Assembly: GCA_964566865.1 (NCBI GenBank)
Contig: CAZMLI010000002.1
Coordinates: 1-33,232, forward strand
DNA length: 33,232 nucleotides
DNA from: an uncultured Planctomycetota bacterium
Lineage (GTDB): Bacteria; Planctomycetota; JACQVV01; CAZANL01
Direction of reading: 5' to 3'
Part shown: positions 7,110 through 16,161 of the stretch, piece by piece
Position numbering within the stretch: the first letter of the stretch is position 1
Layout of the letters: the number at the start of each line of letters is the position of its first letter
Position numbers and translations under genes: made by a program
The notes under the pieces: generated by a model
The model's database searches: none
What the model saw: the letters and a program-made list of their open reading frames with translations, nothing else
Told to the model about the DNA's origin: nothing

Positions 7110-10100
7110 CTAACCGCCGGCTTCGACCTTGCGGATCTTCCGCGCGATCGATGCCTGGCGATCGGCCGGTGCGTACTTCTGCGCCTTGCGTAACGCGGCC
7201 AGCGTCTCGGGTCGTTTACGCTGTCGTTCGCGGACCAGCCCCAGATTGAACCAGGCGTACCAGGCCCGTTCATTGAGCGCGACCGCACGCTCCAGATCCC
7301 GCAGCGCGCCGGCCAGGTCGCCGGCGCGCAGGTGCACGCTGCCTCGATTGGCGTAGCCCATGTCCCATTTCGGTCGCAGCTTGATCACCTGCTCGAAGTC
7401 GAGAATCGCTTGCTTCGCCCGGCCCTGCGCGGCATGCATCTGGCCACGATTCAGATAGGCCTTTGCGTGCCGCGGATCGAGCTCGATCGCGCGCGTATAG
7501 TCCCGCATCGCCGCTGCGAACTTCTTCAGTCGGACCAGCACGTAGCCCCGTGAGAAGTAGCTGCCACCCTTCTTCGGCGCGAGCTTGATCGCCTCGTCAT
7601 AGTCGACGACCGCGCCAGGCAAGTCTCCCAGCCGACGACGGATCACGCCGCGGTTGTGATAGGCGACCGAGGCGCGAGGATCGAGCTGAATCGCCCGGGT
7701 GAAGTCATCCATCGCCTGCTTCAGCGCACCCCGGCGCATCTGCGTGATGCCTCGCGCGGTCCGATAGTCCGCATTCCGGGGATCCAGCTCGATCGCCCGA
7801 TCGTTATCACCGAGCGCTTCGTCGTGGCGTTCGAGCCGCTGGAGGACCTGAGCGCGGTTGATGTATCCCGTGGCCTGTTGCGGGCGGAGTTTGATGCTCC
7901 TGCTGAAATCGGCCAGCGCAGCTTCGAGCCGCCCCAGCGCCTGGAAGGCCAGTCCGCGGTTGTTGAAGGCGGAAACCAGCCGCGAGTCCTGGCGGATCGC
8001 CTGGTCGAAGTCGCGGATCGCCCGTTCTATCCGCTTTTGCTGGTAGAGCGCCAGTCCGCGATTGTTCCAGACCGTGGCCGAGCGCGGATTCAGCTTCAAC
8101 GCACGCGTCAGATAGCGCAGCGCCTGCTCGGTCCGTTTCAGATTCAGATTGGCCACGCCACACATGTTGAGCAGGTCGAAGCGATCCGGCTCCCGCCGCG
8201 CGGCCTCCTCGAAATCGTCGGCGGCGCCCCGCCAGTCTCCCTTGTCCATCCGCGAAAGACCCCGCCGATAGAGTGAACTCACGGTTTGCACGCCCGCCTT
8301 GGCGTGGGGCTCGGGCACACGCCCGAACGCGACAGCGATCTGCCGCCAGGCGGTCGAGTCGGCGCCCAGCCGGTTGCGCGCCTCGACCAGCGCGCCGTGG
8401 GCCAGGGCGCTGCGGGTATTGCACAGCGCCAGACCGGCCTCGACTGCCAGCTCCCGGTCCCAGACCAGCGCCATCCAGTCCAGCAGCGGATGCACCGCCT
8501 CGCGCAGCCGCAGACGCCCCAGCACGCGCGAGATGAAGATCGCCTGGTCCCGCTCCCACTGTTGCCAGGAGGTCGCCCGGCCGCCTCGGCGGGCCTTGCC
8601 CTGCAGCGACTGCAACGCCTGCGCCAGGATGCCGATCGTCTGCGCCTCCCGATAGCCGACCGCCTCGAAGACAAAGTCCCGCAGGGTTGGCGCCGCCGGA
8701 TCCCGACCGGGTCGGGACAGGCCGGCCTTCAACTCCGCCAGGATCTGGCGCAGCCTGCTCGCCTGTTGCTGCGCCCGCCGGTCGCGAGTGCCATGCAGCG
8801 AGGCAATCAATACGCCAATATCCTCATCCGGCGCCCCAAACGCCTTCAGATCGCGAAAGGCTCGCTCGGCCAGCATGTAATCGGCGCCGAGAATCGCCAC
8901 CTGCCCCAGCCGCTCTCCGGCCTGCCGCCGCAAGGCGCGCGCCTCCCGGTGGCCGGGCGCCAGCGCCAGCACGCGATCGAGCATACTGCAGGCCGCCAGG
9001 TAGTCGCCCAGGGCGGACTCCCGCTTGTAGCGTTGTGCGGGCGTCTCGGGCCGCTGGCCCCCGTCCGGCAGGCTGCGTAGCTTCGCCGGCTGACGCAGAG
9101 TCGAGATCGTCGACGCACGGGCAAGCAATTGCCTGGCCTGCGCCAGGCCCTGCTCGACCTGTGCTTGTCGGTCCTCGACCCGCGCCTGTTCGCGCGCCTG
9201 CTGCAGCGCGCTGGACTGCCAGTGCAGCCCGGCCAGCGTGCCTCCCACCAGCAGGACCATCGCCAGAGTGGCCAGGCTCGCCGCCTGGTTGCGCCCGATC
9301 CACTTGCGCAGCCGGTACATCCGCGACGGCGGCCGAGCCGCGATCGGTTCGCCCGCCTTCCAGCGGAGCAGCTCGTCGGCCAGCGCCTGGCCATCGCAGT
9401 AGCGCCGCTGGCGGTCCTTCTCCAGCGCCTTGAGACAGATCGTTTCCAGATCGCGGCCGATCGCGGGCGCCAGCCGGCGGGGAGGAACCGGATTGAAGTG
9501 CAGAATCTGCTCGTAGATCTCGGCCGCCGCCTGCCCGCGGAACGGCAAGGTGTCGGTCAGCATCATGTAGAGCATCACGCCCAGCGCCCAGACATCGGTG
9601 CGCGCATCGATCGCATGATCCATCGCCAGCACCTGCTCCGGCGCCATGTAGGAGTCGGTGCCGAGCACGGTTCCGCTGCGGGTCAACTGCTGGCTGCCCT
9701 CACCACGCGCCAGGCCGAAGTCGGTCACGATCGGCCGCCCGTCCCGCGTGAGCAGGATGTTGGAGGGCTTGATGTCGCGGTGGATCACGCCGGCCTGATG
9801 CGCATGCCCCACCGCCTGCGCCACCGGCTCGAGCACATCGATCCGTTCCGCCAGCGTCATCAGCGGAAGCTGATGCCCCAGCGTCTCGCCGTCGATGAAG
9901 TCCATCGCGATGAAATGCACCGTTGCCTGGGTCAGCTCGTCCTGCGCCACGCCGACCTCGTGCACGGTGATGATGTTCGGATGTGAAAGCCGCGCGGCCA
10001 GCATCGCCTCCCGCCGCAGCCGCTCGATCATCTCCTCGCCACCATCCAGATCGCGCAGCACCTTGAGCGCCACGACCCGCTCCAGATCGGGGTCGAGGGC

Positions 10101-10448
10101 TTGATACAAGACCCCCATGCCGCCCTGGGCGAACTCGGACAGCACCTGGTACTTGCCCAGCTGGGACAGCGGCCGCCGGCCGAAGTAGCGCTTGATCGGT
10201 AGCTGGCCCTGCTGCTGCGTGCTGCCATCGCCGCCGGCGGCGAACTTCACCGGACGCTGCACCTCGACCGCCAGCAGCTGCAGCGAGATCAGGATCTCCA
10301 GCTGCAGCCCCAGCGCCTGCGCGACCGTCTCCAGCTCCCGCGAGATCTGGCCTGCCGCCAGCGCCTCGCCGACCACCCGGCAACTCTCGGGAGAAACCAG
10401 ACGCATGTCTCTGGCCAGCTCGATCGCGCCGATCAGCTCGTCAGTCAT
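7110..10448 (-). CDS. membrane Hanks-type Ser/Thr protein kinase with a C-terminal TPR array
   Basis: AQGGMG, VALK, HRDIKPSN, DFG, YMAPE, DVWALG. TM AASLATLAMVLLVGGTLAGL. HEAT-like middle region. About 11 consecutive 34-aa TPRs (e.g. ATVWNNRGLALYQQKRIERAIRDFDQAIRQDSRL). Confidence 0.95.
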   Translation of the reverse strand: MTDELIGAIELARDMRLVSPESCRVVGEALAAGQISRELETVAQALGLQLEILISLQLLAVEVQRPVKFAAGGDGSTQQQGQLPIKRYFGRRPLSQLGKYQVLSEFAQGGMGVLYQALDPDLERVVALKVLRDLDGGEEMIERLRREAMLAARLSHPNIITVHEVGVAQDELTQATVHFIAMDFIDGETLGHQLPLMTLAERIDVLEPVAQAVGHAHQAGVIHRDIKPSNILLTRDGRPIVTDFGLARGEGSQQLTRSGTVLGTDSYMAPEQVLAMDHAIDARTDVWALGVMLYMMLTDTLPFRGQAAAEIYEQILHFNPVPPRRLAPAIGRDLETICLKALEKDRQRRYCDGQALADELLRWKAGEPIAARPPSRMYRLRKWIGRNQAASLATLAMVLLVGGTLAGLHWQSSALQQAREQARVEDRQAQVEQGLAQARQLLARASTISTLRQPAKLRSLPDGGQRPETPAQRYKRESALGDYLAACSMLDRVLALAPGHREARALRRQAGERLGQVAILGADYMLAERAFRDLKAFGAPDEDIGVLIASLHGTRDRRAQQQASRLRQILAELKAGLSRPGRDPAAPTLRDFVFEAVGYREAQTIGILAQALQSLQGKARRGGRATSWQQWERDQAIFISRVLGRLRLREAVHPLLDWMALVWDRELAVEAGLALCNTRSALAHGALVEARNRLGADSTAWRQIAVAFGRVPEPHAKAGVQTVSSLYRRGLSRMDKGDWRGAADDFEEAARREPDRFDLLNMCGVANLNLKRTEQALRYLTRALKLNPRSATVWNNRGLALYQQKRIERAIRDFDQAIRQDSRLVSAFNNRGLAFQALGRLEAALADFSRSIKLRPQQATGYINRAQVLQRLERHDEALGDNDRAIELDPRNADYRTARGITQMRRGALKQAMDDFTRAIQLDPRASVAYHNRGVIRRRLGDLPGAVVDYDEAIKLAPKKGGSYFSRGYVLVRLKKFAAAMRDYTRAIELDPRHAKAYLNRGQMHAAQGRAKQAILDFEQVIKLRPKWDMGYANRGSVHLRAGDLAGALRDLERAVALNERAWYAWFNLGLVRERQRKRPETLAALRKAQKYAPADRQASIARKIRKVEAGG

Positions 10449-10517
10449 TGCGTTCGGTCCAGGTCTGGGGCACCCCGCTATCCTATCAAGGATGGCAGCG
10501 GGAGGGCGAAATGAGCG

Positions 10518-10537
10518 TAGTTAGCGTCACCTAACTA
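10518..10537. promoter_or_regulatory. palindromic operator, DtxR/MntR-like (TTAG-N6-CTAA)
   Basis: TAGTTAG-CGTCAC-CTAACTA, a perfect 7-bp inverted repeat in an AT-rich patch 48 bp upstream of the porin ATG. Confidence 0.55.
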
Positions 10538-10585
10538 ATATATTTAACTTGTTGAACAATTAATTTTACGGGTGTAAATGCCTGC

Positions 10586-11932
10586 ATGAAACTCACACGT
10601 TCCACTCCGCTCAGTCTGCTGATCATCCTGGTGTCAGTCACCGGATGTATGAATACGCCGTCCTACAGCCGCTACACGGCTCCCTCGAACATGCGCGACG
10701 ATGCCGCCGAAAGCGCGCCTGCCAGCGGTGGCGCTGAGACCGAGGGCAAGACCGTCGCAGAGGCACCCAAATCAGCCTCCTTCCTGGAGCAAGACACGCT
10801 GACCGGCGACTGGGGTGGACTGCGCAGCAAGCTCGAAGACAACGGGCTGACGCTCGAGTTCGTCTACACCGGCGAGGTGCTGTCCAACTTCCGCGGCGGC
10901 ATCAAACGCGGCGAGGCCTACTTCGGCAACCTGGACATGACCCTGACCCTGGACACCGAGAAGGCGGGACTGTGGAAAGGCGGCACGTTCTTTGCCTATT
11001 CCCTGCTCAATCACGACACCGATCCATTCACCGAGAAGTTCGTCGGCGACCTGCAGACGATCAGTAACATCGATGCCCCGCAGGAGTTTCGGCTCTACGA
11101 GCTCTGGTACGAGCAGAGCTGGATGGATGGCGATTTCTCCGCGCTGGTCGGCTTGCACGACATGAACTCCGAGTTCCTGGTGACCGATACGGGCGGCCTG
11201 TTCATCGGCAGCTCCTTCGGCATCCAGCCCGACGTCTCGGCCAACTCCCCGGTCTCGATCTTCCCGGTGGCCGGCCCTGCGGTGCGCCTCTACCTGAAGA
11301 TGAACGACTCACTGGACTTCCGTGTCGCCGTCTATGACGGCGACCCCGGAGATGCGGAGAAAAACCATAACGGTCTGCGCTTGAGGCTCAACTCGAAGGA
11401 GGGCGCACTGGTGATCGGCGAGGTCGGGCTGCACCGCGGCCAGGAGGAGGGTGCCAGCGCACTGCCGGGATACCTCAAACTGGGCGCCTGGCTGCACACT
11501 GCTGATTTCGACGACACCAGCGGAGGCTCCGCGCACGGCGAGAACTACGGCATCTACCTGATCGCCGACCAGATGCTCTATCGCGAGAACGAGGATCAGG
11601 GGCTACGGGCCTTCGTTCAGATCGGCGGAGCGCCTGAGGACCGCAACGAGGTCTCTTTCTTCCTGGGCGCGGGCGTGACCTATCGGGGCCTGTTCAACGG
11701 CAGAGACGAGGATGAGCTGGGTCTGGCCTTCGGCCATGCACGGATCGGCCGTTCACTGCGCTCCGCGGATGGCAGGGATTCGGCCGAAACCGTGATCGAG
11801 CTGACCTACAAGATTCAGATCACCCCCTGGTTCGCGATCCAGCCCGACCTGCAGTATGTCATCAATCCAGGCGCCGATCCGGCTCTCAAGAACGCCATGG
11901 TCGGTCTAGTGCGCTTCGAGATCAGCTTCTAG
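10586..11932 (+). CDS. OprB-family (carbohydrate-selective) porin
   Basis: LTGDWGGLRSKLEDNG, SNIDA, RLYELWYEQ, GxxDMNSEF, ETVIELTYKIQITPWFAIQPDLQYVINPG, C-terminal beta-signal RFEISF. N-terminus carries a lipobox-like VTG-C. Confidence 0.92.
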   Translation: MKLTRSTPLSLLIILVSVTGCMNTPSYSRYTAPSNMRDDAAESAPASGGAETEGKTVAEAPKSASFLEQDTLTGDWGGLRSKLEDNGLTLEFVYTGEVLSNFRGGIKRGEAYFGNLDMTLTLDTEKAGLWKGGTFFAYSLLNHDTDPFTEKFVGDLQTISNIDAPQEFRLYELWYEQSWMDGDFSALVGLHDMNSEFLVTDTGGLFIGSSFGIQPDVSANSPVSIFPVAGPAVRLYLKMNDSLDFRVAVYDGDPGDAEKNHNGLRLRLNSKEGALVIGEVGLHRGQEEGASALPGYLKLGAWLHTADFDDTSGGSAHGENYGIYLIADQMLYRENEDQGLRAFVQIGGAPEDRNEVSFFLGAGVTYRGLFNGRDEDELGLAFGHARIGRSLRSADGRDSAETVIELTYKIQITPWFAIQPDLQYVINPGADPALKNAMVGLVRFEISF

Positions 11933-12472
11933 CACCAGCTGGTCGAGCAGCCGGGCGACCGCTCGATAGAGCGGGTTGCACGTTCGATCGCGCAGGGCGA
12001 GGCAAAAGCTGGGCACCCAGGGGCGGAGCAGATGATGCACCAACCCGGGTGCCTGGGCGCGTGCCTGCGGGTTGGGGGATCGAAACAGCCCGGCCACGAA
12101 ACTGGCCAGCACGCCGAGGTGGTCGCGAGGCGCGTTGCCGAAGTGGTCGGGTGCCAGATCGGGTTCGGTCGACTCGATCAAATCCTCAATTGCCAGCACC
12201 AGCCCATCTGTGCCCAACCAGCTGCTAGCCCTGGGGTTGACCAGCCCGTGGCCGACCAGCAAGAGCCCCGCATATTCGCTTGCGGCGTGCTGATATGCGG
12301 CCGCATCCCACTCACCGGAGAGGTAGTCGGCACAGCCGGGCTCGAGCCTGTCGAGCACCTGCAGCACGTCCGGCTCCAGCAACGCCGCTCGCGTGGGTTC
12401 GTCGAGCTCCACCAGTAGCAGCCGGCCGATCAGCGCGTAGAGCACGGCCTGGGTCTGGTCGTCGAGTTGCAT
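11906..12472 (-). CDS. TorD/DmsD-family redox enzyme maturation chaperone
   Basis: Start ATG 12472 overlaps the catalytic-subunit stop (ATGA). EYAGLLL...PRASSWL...PRDHLG...HLLRPWVPSFC...LYRAVARLL match the family pattern. Confidence 0.85.
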   Translation of the reverse strand: MQLDDQTQAVLYALIGRLLLVELDEPTRAALLEPDVLQVLDRLEPGCADYLSGEWDAAAYQHAASEYAGLLLVGHGLVNPRASSWLGTDGLVLAIEDLIESTEPDLAPDHFGNAPRDHLGVLASFVAGLFRSPNPQARAQAPGLVHHLLRPWVPSFCLALRDRTCNPLYRAVARLLDQLVLEADLEAH

Positions 12473-15252
12473 CAGACCTTTCGTACCTCGACGACGTTGT
12501 CGAACCAGTTTTGCCCGCCCACCAGCACCGAAGGATTGATCGGCAGGCAATCGTTGAGTCCGATGACGCCGTTGCCGGGCCCCCCGCGTTCGCGCGACCA
12601 CCAGATGTTATCCGGGATGTCGCGGTCCTGGAGCGCCTGAACCTGCGCCGCGTCCGGGCGCAGCACCGCCGGAAGTGAGCCCTCGGTGCTCGCACGCGCG
12701 ACAGCGCCATGCTCCCAGTGACCGGCATGATGGGCGAAACAGATCACGCGCTGCTGGATCCCGGCCAGCAGCCGAACCTGGTTGCGAAAACTGCCGACCA
12801 CCTCCGTGCCGCCGGGTGGCACGTAAACACCCTTGGGGCGGTAGACCTTGACCTCGACTTCGTCGCCGTCCTTCAGTTCCAGATCGGCCGCGGTCGTCGG
12901 GTTGATGAACAGCTTGTTGGTGTGCACAATCTCCGCATTGAATTTCCACTGGCCGGAGCGCCCCTGGGTGTGCACGTTCCACTTGAAGGTGGTCAGCACC
13001 ATGCGCTTGAACCGCCGCCCGTCCGGGTCCCGCCCGTCCTCCGGCTCCAGCCGATCGCGAAAGCCGGGAATCGGGAACCAGGTCGGCAGGACCGCGCCAT
13101 TGGGGTCGTCCGGGGGCAGGCCGACCGACCTGGCTGCGACGGCGAAGACATCGTCCTGGACCTGGATCTTGCGCGACGGCGTGGGAAAGCCGCGCACCGG
13201 CTGGTCCTCGCCGCTGGTGGGATTGCGCATCATGATCCCAATCAACTTGCCGCTGGGTCCGCGAATCAGCTTGTCATCCGCGACGGTCGCGCCCTTCAGC
13301 TCGGCCGTGGGCACCGGCCGCTCGTACAACTCGTAATCCTTCTCGCGGTCCTGGTCCTGCCAGATCCCCCGCCGCTTGAACTCTTGCCAGCCCCGCTCCC
13401 CACCGCCGAACTGATCGGCAATGCTCGCATACCACTGTCGATAGAAAGCCTCGGGATCGTCGAAGTCGAAATAGCGCTCCATGCCACCGCCGATGCGACG
13501 GGCAAGATCGCGCAGGATGACCTGGATCGAGCGCGCCTCGCCGGCCGCGGGCACCAGCGGCTGGCGAATGCCCGTGTAGGGCACCAGACCGTAGCAGTTG
13601 GTGCTGTGCGCGTCCCAGCGTTCGAGGCTGGTCGTCTCGGGCAGGATGATATCCGCCAGCGCGGCATGCTCGCTATAGCCGATGTCCACGGCCACATGGA
13701 ACGGGATCAGCGACGTGTCCCGCATCACCTCGCGACAGACGCTTGCCTCGGGATAGCCGTAAGACGCGCCGTAGGTATAGGACATGTAGACCTCGACCTG
13801 AGCGCGTCCTTCCTGGATGTAGGGCTGTACCAGCTGCCCGACGCGCATCGCATACCAGTGCCAGGCCAACGGGTAATCGGCCGGCGTGGCCAGCTCGCCG
13901 AAGTAGCGCTGCTGGAAGATCGGGTCGAGCCGCGCGGCCTTGCGCTTGACCGCCTCCGGCAGCGCCTCGTAGGCCCGGGTGCCGGGCAGGAAGGGTGCAA
14001 CCTTCGGTGGCTGGGGGCCGGGCAAACCGATCTCGGGTAGATCCCACAAGCCGTAACGGCCCTTCTTCCAGCCACGGCCGCTGGAGAGGCACATTCCGCC
14101 AGGCCGGCCGATATTGCCCACCAGTTGATCGAGCAGATTGATCCCGCGGTCGTTGCCCACACCATTGTAATGCTTGGCGGAGCCGCGGGCCTTGATCGTG
14201 GTGCAACGGGGGGCGGCGGCGGCGAATTCCAGCGCGATGCGCCGGATCTCACTCGCCGGCACCCCGCTCTGCCCCTCGGCCCAGTCGGCGGTCCAGCGCT
14301 GAATGTGCTGCTTGATCTGGTCCAGGCTGACATTGGCCCAGCGGTTCCAGAACTGCTCATCGACCTTGCCGGCGTCGATGATCGCGTTGCACATGGCATA
14401 GGCGATGGCGCCGTCCGAACCGGGAAAGACCGGCCAGTACTCGTCGCTGATACTGGCGGTGGCCGAGGGCCGGACCTCGAAGGTGATCAGCTTGCAACCA
14501 GAGTCGACCCGCGCGCGCTGCAGGCGGTGCATCATGAACAAGCCGCCCTGGTACGCCTCGCAGCAGTTATTACCGAAGTTCAGCACGTACTGGCTGTGCT
14601 CCAGATCCTGCGTCTCCCACTCGAAGTCGCGCCCGTAGCAACTCATGTTCGGTACGCGGCGGTTGCTGCTGCAGATCGAGCGGCGATTGAGGCGATTGGG
14701 CGTGCCAAAGGCGTCGGTGAAGCGCTTGGTGAAGCCCTTCGTCTTGTCGCGGCCATAATGGAAGACGAAGCGCTCGGGATGGCCGACATCGAGGCAGCGG
14801 CTCTTCATCCGCTCGGCGATCTCGGCCAGTGCCTCGTCCCAGCGGATCCGCTTCCACTTGCCCGAACCGCGATCTCCCGCGCGCTTGATCGGGTAGAGCA
14901 GCCGCTCGGGATAGTAGGTGTAGCTGATCATCCCGTTCGCCTTGGAGCAGATCTTGCCCTGGGAGTTCGGATCGAGCGGATTGCCCTCGATCCGGCGTAC
15001 CCGGCCGTCCTGCACGTAGCCGACCACGCCGCAGTGGGTGGTGCAGCCGAAGCAGATCGTCGGCACGACCTTCGCCTTGCGATAGTCGATCGGGTCGCGT
15101 CCGCCCGAACGAATCAACTGCTCCAGATCGGGCAGGACATCGCCACGGATCAGCCCACGGAAAACCGGGATCGAGAGCGCCGCCGTACCCGCCGCCACGG
15201 TCAAGCCGCCGGCCAGCTTGAGAAAGTCGCGCCTGCTCAGTTTTTCAGCCAC
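12472..15252 (-). CDS. Tat-exported Mo/W-bisPGD oxidoreductase catalytic subunit (Psr/Phs/Arr/Ttr-like superclade, substrate unknown)
   Basis: Tat motif SRRDFLK. FS0 motif CFGCTTHC...C. RLLYPIKRAGDRGSGKWKRIRWDEAL, FGTPN...SIC, ADIILPETTSLERWD, and a C-terminal dinucleotide-binding domain (HTQGRS, INPTTAADLELKDGDEV). Confidence 0.93.
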   Translation of the reverse strand: MAEKLSRRDFLKLAGGLTVAAGTAALSIPVFRGLIRGDVLPDLEQLIRSGGRDPIDYRKAKVVPTICFGCTTHCGVVGYVQDGRVRRIEGNPLDPNSQGKICSKANGMISYTYYPERLLYPIKRAGDRGSGKWKRIRWDEALAEIAERMKSRCLDVGHPERFVFHYGRDKTKGFTKRFTDAFGTPNRLNRRSICSSNRRVPNMSCYGRDFEWETQDLEHSQYVLNFGNNCCEAYQGGLFMMHRLQRARVDSGCKLITFEVRPSATASISDEYWPVFPGSDGAIAYAMCNAIIDAGKVDEQFWNRWANVSLDQIKQHIQRWTADWAEGQSGVPASEIRRIALEFAAAAPRCTTIKARGSAKHYNGVGNDRGINLLDQLVGNIGRPGGMCLSSGRGWKKGRYGLWDLPEIGLPGPQPPKVAPFLPGTRAYEALPEAVKRKAARLDPIFQQRYFGELATPADYPLAWHWYAMRVGQLVQPYIQEGRAQVEVYMSYTYGASYGYPEASVCREVMRDTSLIPFHVAVDIGYSEHAALADIILPETTSLERWDAHSTNCYGLVPYTGIRQPLVPAAGEARSIQVILRDLARRIGGGMERYFDFDDPEAFYRQWYASIADQFGGGERGWQEFKRRGIWQDQDREKDYELYERPVPTAELKGATVADDKLIRGPSGKLIGIMMRNPTSGEDQPVRGFPTPSRKIQVQDDVFAVAARSVGLPPDDPNGAVLPTWFPIPGFRDRLEPEDGRDPDGRRFKRMVLTTFKWNVHTQGRSGQWKFNAEIVHTNKLFINPTTAADLELKDGDEVEVKVYRPKGVYVPPGGTEVVGSFRNQVRLLAGIQQRVICFAHHAGHWEHGAVARASTEGSLPAVLRPDAAQVQALQDRDIPDNIWWSRERGGPGNGVIGLNDCLPINPSVLVGGQNWFDNVVEVRKV

Positions 15253-16159
15253 CGATGAACGCCTCCGACCCCTGACCGCCGAAGACGATCAGCACCCGGA
15301 TCGAGACCGCGCCGATCAGGACACAGGCGCCGCGCATCAACAACCCGAAGCGACCGCTGCTCGGGCGGGACATCTCGATCAGCGGCGCCAACCAGCCCAG
15401 CAGGAGCAGGCCGATCCAGAACCAGAGTCCCAGCCCCCCGCGCAGCAGCCGCAATACGGCCGCCTCCGGGAGGCCTGTCAACGAGTAGACGAACAGCATG
15501 AACAGCACCGCCTGCACAAAAATCAGCGCGGGGTCGATCCGCTCGAGGATCCCTCGGATAGCAGGCCCGAGGCCGCCCGGTCCTTCCCCGTCTGCGATCT
15601 GACGGGCCATGGTCACCACGAGCCCCCCACCCAGACCACCGTGCAGACCGCTGCCCAGCCAGTGCGGGGCCACCCACGCGCCCGCCCACATCGGTCGCGC
15701 CGCCGACTGGCCGAGCACAAACGCCGGGTAAGTCCCCACCCCCAGCGCCAGCAGCAAGAGCAAGACGAGCAGCAGCTTGGAGCGGGCTGGCCCGGTGGGC
15801 GCCTCGCAGCGGTCAACGGGGAGCCTCGTGGTCAGCGCGATGAACCCGGCCAGCAGGCTGAAGCTGCCGACCAATCGCGAACCCCAGGAGATGATCGAGT
15901 GCCGGTTGAACTGCGTCAGAATCAGGTACCAGCGAGTGGGCCGCTCCAGATCGTAGATCAGACAGGCCGCTCCCGCAACGATGGCAAGCGTCGCGACCCG
16001 AATCGCGCGCCGGCCCAGCCGATGATTGCGTGGCTCGTAAGAGAGCAGCAGCAGGCTGCCGACAACGCCCGCCCCGCAAGCGATGCCCGCAAGCGTCAGG
16101 TAAGCCACGATAGGCCAGCCAAAGGGTTGAAGCAGGTGAAAATGGCGCGGCACGAGCAC
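15245..16159 (-). CDS. NrfD/PsrC-family membrane anchor, quinone-interacting subunit
   Basis: GWPIVAYLTLAG, DLERPTR, FNRHSIISWG, YPAFVL...RPMW, LFWIG-like and IRVLIVFGGQ motifs, about eight TM segments. Start is GTG 16159 or GTG 16153 (AGGAG SD). Confidence 0.9.
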   Translation of the reverse strand: MLVPRHFHLLQPFGWPIVAYLTLAGIACGAGVVGSLLLLSYEPRNHRLGRRAIRVATLAIVAGAACLIYDLERPTRWYLILTQFNRHSIISWGSRLVGSFSLLAGFIALTTRLPVDRCEAPTGPARSKLLLVLLLLLALGVGTYPAFVLGQSAARPMWAGAWVAPHWLGSGLHGGLGGGLVVTMARQIADGEGPGGLGPAIRGILERIDPALIFVQAVLFMLFVYSLTGLPEAAVLRLLRGGLGLWFWIGLLLLGWLAPLIEMSRPSSGRFGLLMRGACVLIGAVSIRVLIVFGGQGSEAFIGG

Positions 16160-16161
16160 TC

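Noticed and set aside
7004-7249. Lys-rich ORF MTKKKSAKKKPTRR...CPTC with a repeated CCAAGAAGAAG
   Set aside because: No RBS, overlaps the kinase 3' end antisense, and no family recognised; at most a gene remnant.
11906-11932. CTAG at both ends of the porin/TorD overlap as a second TIR footprint
   Set aside because: Explained by two TAG stops on opposite strands; no inverted repeat beyond CTAG.
12472-15252. Assigning psrA, arrA, arxA, ttrA or soeA
   Set aside because: Active-site region motifs match none convincingly; needs a phylogeny.
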